A DNA stretch of 64,000 nucleotides, from contig NC_043015.1 of the NCBI RefSeq assembly GCF_006345805.1, forward strand, positions 20,398,001 through 20,462,000. Direction: 5' to 3'. Of this stretch, positions 57,168-64,000 are shown one piece after another (the stretch's first letter is position 1; every line of letters starts with the position of its first letter). This stretch comes from Octopus sinensis (lineage: Eukaryota). The notes below the pieces were generated by a model, which made no database searches, was not told the origin of the DNA, and was given only the letters and a program-made list of their open reading frames with translations. Position numbers and translations under genes: made by a program.

Positions 57168-57706
57168 TATATGTTCATATACTAATGTACGTATATGCAG
57201 ATTGTATATATACATACGTTTCTATATGTGTTTAAGTATATGTATGTATTCACACTGTAAGCAATATATTTTATACAAACTATGCTATTATTACTTCACA
57301 AAAGTGATGAGGGAATTGATTTGCAGTCGTTTGAAGCAGACATTTTCTCCCCAACGTAGACAATTCCCTCGACACTCTCGTATATAGATATACCCATATA
57401 TATATATATATGTATGTATTGTGTGTGATATGTGTACGTGGTGTTTGTAACTGTATATATACGTATGTTTGCGTGTGTTTTTGTGCGTGTGTATCTCATT
57501 AGCCTTGGGCTGTACTCGTAGATGCCTTACGCTCATGCACACATATACGTACCTCTGTCTGTGTATGTGTGTGCATATGTATGCATGTATTTGAATATTT
57601 ATGTTGCGTAATGTTGTCTGATCCTCCGTCTCTCCCCACGAAACTGTATATATATGTAATATATATATACAAGGAGAGGGAAGCTGCATTACAATTCTCT
57701 CCCACC

Positions 57707-57737
<31 letters not shown>

Positions 57738-57966
57738 TATGCGTATATATGTAGATATACATATATATATATATATCTGTGTGCGTGTCTATATGCATAT
57801 ATTGTATGCATAGCTTTCTAATACACCTCCAAATGAAATATGTACACTTAGTTTTCTTTAGAAATTATTTTTCCATTTATATAAACTAAACGTTCACCCC
57901 TCCACCTGTGCGTACATCAACATATCTATGCATATAAATACATACATACATACATACATACATACG

Positions 57967-58008
<42 letters not shown>

Positions 58009-58066
58009 TAAGTATATATATAGTTATATATAAGTATATATATATTATATATGTTATATATATGTG

Positions 58067-58098
<32 letters not shown>

Positions 58099-58128
58099 AA
58101 TATTATAATATATATATATACAAGCAAT

Positions 58129-58165
58129 ATGCTTAAACATTTCAGGTATATATTTGCAGAGAGGT

Positions 58166-58203
<38 letters not shown>

Positions 58204-58240
58204 ACCTCTCTGCATACATATATCTGAAATGTTTAAGCAT
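58129..58240. repeat. Palindrome with 42-bp arms around (TA)n
   Basis: 58129-58170 vs 58199-58240 differ by 3 mismatches. Confidence 0.9.
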
Positions 58241-58281
58241 ATCTCGTATATATATATATATATATTATATATATAATATAT

Positions 58282-58325
<44 letters not shown>

Positions 58326-58607
58326 GACCTACACATATAATATAATAACATATATACATACTTTTATATACACACATATAAATATATATACATACATACA
58401 TATACATATATTTACATACATATACATACATACATACGGATACATATATTTACATATATAATATTAATATATATATATATATATATTATATATAATAAAT
58501 AGATATATACTTATACATACTTATATATATGCATATATACATATGTACATGCATATATACATACACACACACATATATATATATATATACATATTCATAT
58601 ATACATT

Positions 58608-58639
<32 letters not shown>

Positions 58640-59714
58640 TATATATATACATATACATATATATATGTATAGACTCTAGGTAGGTCTCTACACTAAGTTT
58701 GTTGAATTCATTATTTCCCATGATATTGTGCTCTGGCCATGCTGTAGCATTACCCTAGTCATTTATATCGTTACGTTTGACCATAGTTACTGTAGTACTT
58801 GCATTTATCATGCGCTTAACCTTGCAAATGCGTTGTCAATGAGTTGCCTTTAGAAGATATCCTACCTATAGAAGATTTTTTCCTTCATCTCCCGAACTAG
58901 CGTCACATCCTGGTCAACTTATAAACAGTTTTCACTTAAGTCCGTGGCCTTTTATTCAGTTGCACTTACTCTGGACTGTTCTCGGTCGCCAAAGCCTTCT
59001 GGACGTTGGCAACGGAATTATTCTTCGTATCTTTTATCTTGACTTGTTTCAGGCATTGGACTTCGGCTATGTTGGAGGACTGCCTCGAAGGGTTTAATCG
59101 CGAAACTCGATACCAGGTTAAATTTAAATTGTAGTTCTTACGTGATACGTCTATTTAGCCGAACTGTTAAGTCAAAGGGACATTAACAAACTAACACCAT
59201 TTGTAAAGCAATGCGAGGGGAAAGCATACCAAACGAATAGTTACATATCGTTCTCTCTCTATATATATATTCATACAAACGTACATACATATTTATATAC
59301 ATATATACACACACACACACCACACACATATATATATATATATATTATGTATATATATATATATGTATATACATGTTTATATATACATAAACATATATGC
59401 ATACATATATATTATATAATATATATATATCATATATATATATATATACTGTATATATATATTTACATTATACATATATATTATGTATATATATATATAT
59501 ATATACAGTATATATATATGTAATATATATATATAGCTATATCTATATATATTTATGTATATATATAAGTATATACATGTTTATATATACATAAACATAT
59601 ATGCATACATATATATATATATATTCATATATATATATTTATATACTGTATATATATATATATTATACAGTATTTATATATGTATATATATTATATATAT
59701 ATATATATATTCTT

Positions 59715-59778
<64 letters not shown>

Positions 59779-59893
59779 AAAGCAATAAGATTCAAGTTAA
59801 TTTAAATGAATTTACTTGAATATGGTACCTAACTTAGATGCACCAAAAAAAACTATACTGTTTTAACAATACAGTAATGTGGGGTGATTATAA

Positions 59894-62883
59894 GCGAGAA
59901 AGAAGCAACAAGAATGGATAGGTTTTTAGTACAATCGTTTCATACAAGGACAGGCTTATTAAAAGTTGTAAAAATTACAGCATATAAACGTGTCCCGTAC
60001 TCATCAGCTAAAATACATGTGAGTTCTCTAGACATCCTAGTGGTTGAGGCTATACTCATGAAGTAATGTAGATAATTAAGTAACATAAACAGATATCCAA
60101 AGTTCATTAAAGTTCTTTAAAGATGATGTACAGTCTTATCACAGAATTTTAAAAAAGTTCTAATAGCATCCCAGAGAGGTGACCTAATCCATAGAGCACA
60201 TATGAATTTCCAGAGATATGATGAGGGATTACATACTCACAGAAGACAAATTTATCCATTGTTAATCACAACGAGGTGGGTCTCAATTCCTGCTTATTAG
60301 CATTACAGAGAGGGTGAATTAATCCTTTGTATAGAGTACAATTTCCAATGGTGTAGATGTAAGTTTCCAGAGAAATGAAGAGGATTTCATATTCACAGGC
60401 GATAAATTTATCAATGGTTGAACACACAATGAGGTAGGTATCAATTCTTGTTATATGATTAGGTATTTGCCACATTAATCACATTACTGCTATTTACAAG
60501 AGGCTGTAGCTATTTAACTTATAAAGGCTGAAGGGCCTTCTGGAGAGGCCAAGAATAGAAAGGGAAGGAATAGAAGAAAAGAGAGAAAATAAGGGAGGAG
60601 GGAGCAAAAAAAGGGGGGGGGACTAAAAGAGAAGAGAAAAGGAAAAGAGAAAAAGAAGAAGAAACAGAAAAAAGAGAAAAGAGAAAGAAATAGGGAAAGA
60701 AGGGAAAAAAATAAATAAAAAAGAGGGTTCTAGTTATCCAGAAGAATTAGTAGACGGCAAGTCTGGTTTTAATTTACAGGCATCTATGAACTAGAGGAGA
60801 ATATTATTCTTTGGCCAGTAAAACAGTTAATTTATTGCTGTTGAAATCAGCTATGAATTTAAAGAGAATCTAAAGAGATAACACAGTCAGGGGTTTAGGG
60901 GTCAGATGCTAAATCAAAAGAAAATACATAGGAAAATCTAAGTATAATCTTATCAAAAAGTCAATAAAACTTACTTATTCAATTTATTCATTTTATTGTC
61001 TTAAGGAGTTGCCGTTATTATTCATACATTGACGGACTACAGGTCAAATCTTAGAAGATCATTTACAAGGTGTTAGGGATTGTCTATCATAATGAAGATA
61101 ATCATATTATCACCGAGGGGTAGCCTATTTTATTTATTTTGAAATAGAATTATGGGGCTATAGTATCTCATTTTATTTTATTAGAGTTATGCTACTTAAA
61201 TTAGATTAAGTTAGAATTAAAATTAAAAATTACAATTAAGATTTAAAATTAAGAATTTAAAAGATTATGAGTTTGAAATTAGGTAAAGCCTCAATTAAGC
61301 AGCGTATAAGTACTATTCATTTCCCTGTTCCCTAAAAACTTGATGCAGATATAGGAAAAAGATAACTGTGGTGTGAGAACTCTTAGTTATCTACTTAAAG
61401 CAGTGCTATACTAGTAGAAATCAAGTTATATCTATCTATCTAGTACGGATATTGTAATCATTTAAAATATTTTAAAGTCTTCAATTTAGCGTGGACACAA
61501 ACTTGACCTAGTTCGATATGATTATTCAATAAGTTTCTATGTTTTCTATGCTTTAGAATTTCATACGTCTCCATGGAGCATAGTTGGCAACCAACCCTAC
61601 TATTTTTATACGGAATTGCTCTCCTAACTATTTCCCAATTAAGGTTATAATTTTTATTATTATTTTTGAGTTCCCAGATTTTGTTTGAAAGTGTGGTGGT
61701 ACCAGCTTTATGACGTAAGTTAAAAGACGAGATGTGATTTCTAACTCTGGCTAGAAAATTAATTGTACATCCAACGTAAAGATATTTGTTATTCTCCGTG
61801 GATATGGTACATTTATAGATTACATTATTTTCCGCACATAGACCAGGTGCCGGGCATTTTGATTTATTCTACACTTACACACAGGAGAGCAACTTCAGGT
61901 TTGGATTATTCTTGGGTAGATGTCTTAGGTTCCTATTATTTTGATTATCATTTCTATAGTTGGTGCTGATATCTAAGTATTGCTATTATTTATTGATCCT
62001 TCAGCTTCATCATTTAGGTTTAAAGTCTACATGATTCTTATATTATTGGTAATGTTACTATTATTGTTAGTCTTTTTTCCGACTGCATATTGCTGTTATA
62101 AATATCACTGATATTTTCATTTCTCCTTATTTTCTCCATTAGCCTTATATCTATTATTTCTATTATTAACATTATTACTTCTATTAATATCGGCATTGTT
62201 ATTATTACTATTAATGTTAATGTTATTAGTCATTCTGTGGTTACTAATTTTCACCTATGTTTTGATAGTTGCTATTGTTGTTTTTATGTTGGTAGTATGA
62301 TTATAATTGCTATTGGTATTCATGCTGATATTATTATTTTATTCTATCTTTCCTGGCTAGTTTAATGTTTTATTATTAATCTTAGCTATTAAAGTGGACA
62401 TATTTGGGAGGGTTGAATAAGAAATCCTAACTGTTTTCCTAGATATAATTCTATGATATTCACCCTCTCTGTAATGCTAATAAGCAGGAATTGAGACCCA
62501 CCTCGTTGTGATTAACAATGGATAAATTTGTCTTCTGTGAGTATGTAATCCCTCATCATATCTCTGGAAATTCATATGTGCTCTATGGATTAGGTCACCT
62601 TCTCTGGGATGCTATTAGAACTTTTTTAAAATTCTGTGATAAGACTGTACATCATCTTTAAAGAACTTTAATGAACTTTGGAATCTGTTTATGTACTTAA
62701 TTATCTACATTACTTCATGAGTATAGCCTCAACCACTAGGATGTCTAGAGAACTCACATGTATTTTAGCTGATGAGTACGGGACACGTTTATATGCTGTA
62801 ATTTTTACAACTTTTAATAAAAGCCTGTCCTTGTATGAAACGATTGTACTAAAACCTATCCATTCTTGTTGCTTCTTTCTCGC
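59894..62883 (-). mobile_element. 5'-truncated Penelope-like retroelement with an inverted copy of its 5' ~426 bp
   Basis: 59894-60319 is the reverse complement of 62458-62883 apart from small indels. The minus strand continues YHRIISRKTVRISYSTLPNM, then an Asn-rich linker, CKC..CP..GLC and a GIY-YIG domain. Confidence 0.85.
61458..61868 (-). CDS. Uninterrupted 136-codon GIY-YIG endonuclease domain of the PLE (no upstream ATG, absent from the ORF track)
   Basis: Translation NKSKCPAPGLCAENNVIYKCTISTENNKYLYVGCTINFLARVRNHISSFNLRHKAGTTTLSNKIWELK...WEIVRRAIPYKNSRVGCQLCSMETYEIL...LLNNHIELGQVCVHAKLKTLKYFK*, with VIY/YVG, R..NH, CxxC and CxH motifs. A 1-nt frameshift separates it from the upstream CKCR. 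Confidence 0.88.
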   Translation of the reverse strand, partial: NKSKCPAPGLCAENNVIYKCTISTENNKYLYVGCTINFLARVRNHISSFNLRHKAGTTTLSNKIWELKNNNKNYNLNWEIVRRAIPYKNSRVGCQLCSMETYEILKHRKHRNLLNNHIELGQVCVHAKLKTLKYFK

Positions 62884-63164
62884 GTATATATATATATATA
62901 TATATATACAGTATGTATATATATACACGGTATATATATATATATTATATATATATATATATATACGTATATATATGCACACATTTACACAACGGGCTTC
63001 TACACAGTTTCCGTCTACCAAATTTACTGACAAACATTAGTTAGCCTGGTGCTTTAATAGAAGATTGTTGCCTAAGATGTAGGATAGTAGGACAGAACCT
63101 AAAATCACGTGGTTGCCAAACGAATTTCTTAACTTTCGCCTTCAGAACGAATTGTAAAATGATT

Positions 63165-63650
63165 GTTTGTTGCTTTTGTTGAAGTGTTTGTTGATTCAAC
63201 AGAGAAACTCTATATTTATATAGCTACAACACTTTTATAATGCTGTAGCTTTTTGGTGAATGGAGGATTGAACCACGTCGTATTTTCGGAACGGGTTGAG
63301 CTATATGTTATTGCTGTCTCGAAATCTGGTTGTACATATCTTAGTCCCCGTGGAGAGATGTATCATTGATGGTAGATTAGATTGGAACTGTATTATAATA
63401 TAGAAAAGGGTTTTGGTGATAAATACGCATTAGAATGATTTACTATATGATACAAGTTAACAAGTTAGTTATAATTATTAGAGTGGATACAATATGATAC
63501 AAGTTAAAATCTTATTTTTGCCAATAGTTTTATGAAGGACTTCTTAGGGGATTAACTATAACATTTATATATTAACTAGTTCTAGCTACTGTATAGCTGT
63601 AAAATAAGCTATATTTATGCTTGGTTAGATATCAATGGTTGTGGGATAGT
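63165..63650 (-). mobile_element. Older PLE reverse-transcriptase C-terminal remnant
   Basis: Minus strand encodes RSENTTWFNPPFTKK and EFLC*INKHFNKSN, similar to the PLE motif RKRNIIWFNPPF...FL.LI.KHF. Confidence 0.65.
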
Positions 63651-64000
63651 TGTCTTCTGTGCGCTTTTCTCGTTTTCTTGGCCACACAGATGATGCTTTT
63701 GAGCCAACTGTGTTTCACTGATGGCTACAGAAAGACATCATGTATCACATGCAGTGAGATTAAAGATCGTTGTGTCCAAATCTTTGGATACTAAAGGGAA
63801 ATCATGGTGCAGAACGGAAATCGCGACAACCGATTTGATTTCCAGTTAATTGTATATTTATATACACAGGCATGTATATACATCGATTTCTCCTATCTCT
63901 ACTCTGTGAATCTCATTTTCACCCCCGTCTTCACATACACACATATATAATTGAATATTTTATATTTGTATGTTGTAAGACTATGCGTGAATATATATAT

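Larger units (their letters stand above)
59030..63140 (-). mobile_element. Composite C/D SINE split by the 3-kb PLE structure (D ~59030-59230, C ~62990-63140)
   Basis: Both modules are in the same orientation and each abuts a TA tract that flanks the PLE. Confidence 0.6.

Noticed and set aside
58970-59037. Candidate upstream cadherin exon IKDTKNNSVANVQKALATENSPE (ENSP would fit before GTIL)
   Set aside because: It ends in phase 2 while the 38436 acceptor needs phase 0, its acceptor overlaps a SINE tail, and it lacks the DxNDNxP motif.
59884-60066. Duplicated novel 60-aa protein (also 62710-63033)
   Set aside because: Both ORFs are the two arms of the PLE inverted repeat, i.e. frameshifted retroelement sequence.

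Overview
AT-rich, microsatellite-saturated animal genomic DNA; the repeat landscape suggests a coleoid cephalopod, probably Octopus (inference). It contains one 100-N gap (6150-6249). Nearly all ORFs in the supplied track are translations of microsatellites or retroelement debris. The only convincing host coding sequence is an 85-bp minus-strand exon (38352-38436) with a cadherin-repeat motif, so much of the window is probably intron of a large cadherin-family gene. The rest is nested mobile DNA: several tRNA-derived SINE families, R4/Dong-, RTE- and L2/CR1-like LINE remnants, Penelope-like elements (PLEs), a decayed Tc1, a decayed mariner, MITEs and Helitron-like ends. Best leads: (1) a Tc1 element carrying an intronless WDR74/Nsa1 fragment fused in frame to its transposase N-terminus; (2) a tRNA-headed SINE whose tail carries a minimal type I hammerhead ribozyme motif and recurs as fold-back palindromes; (3) a PLE with an uninterrupted GIY-YIG domain missed by the ORF track, bounded by ~426-bp near-identical inverted repeats and nested in a SINE microsatellite. 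No CRISPR array, rRNA or functional tRNA gene is supported. All alignments were done by eye, and most element boundaries are approximate (about 10-30 bp).
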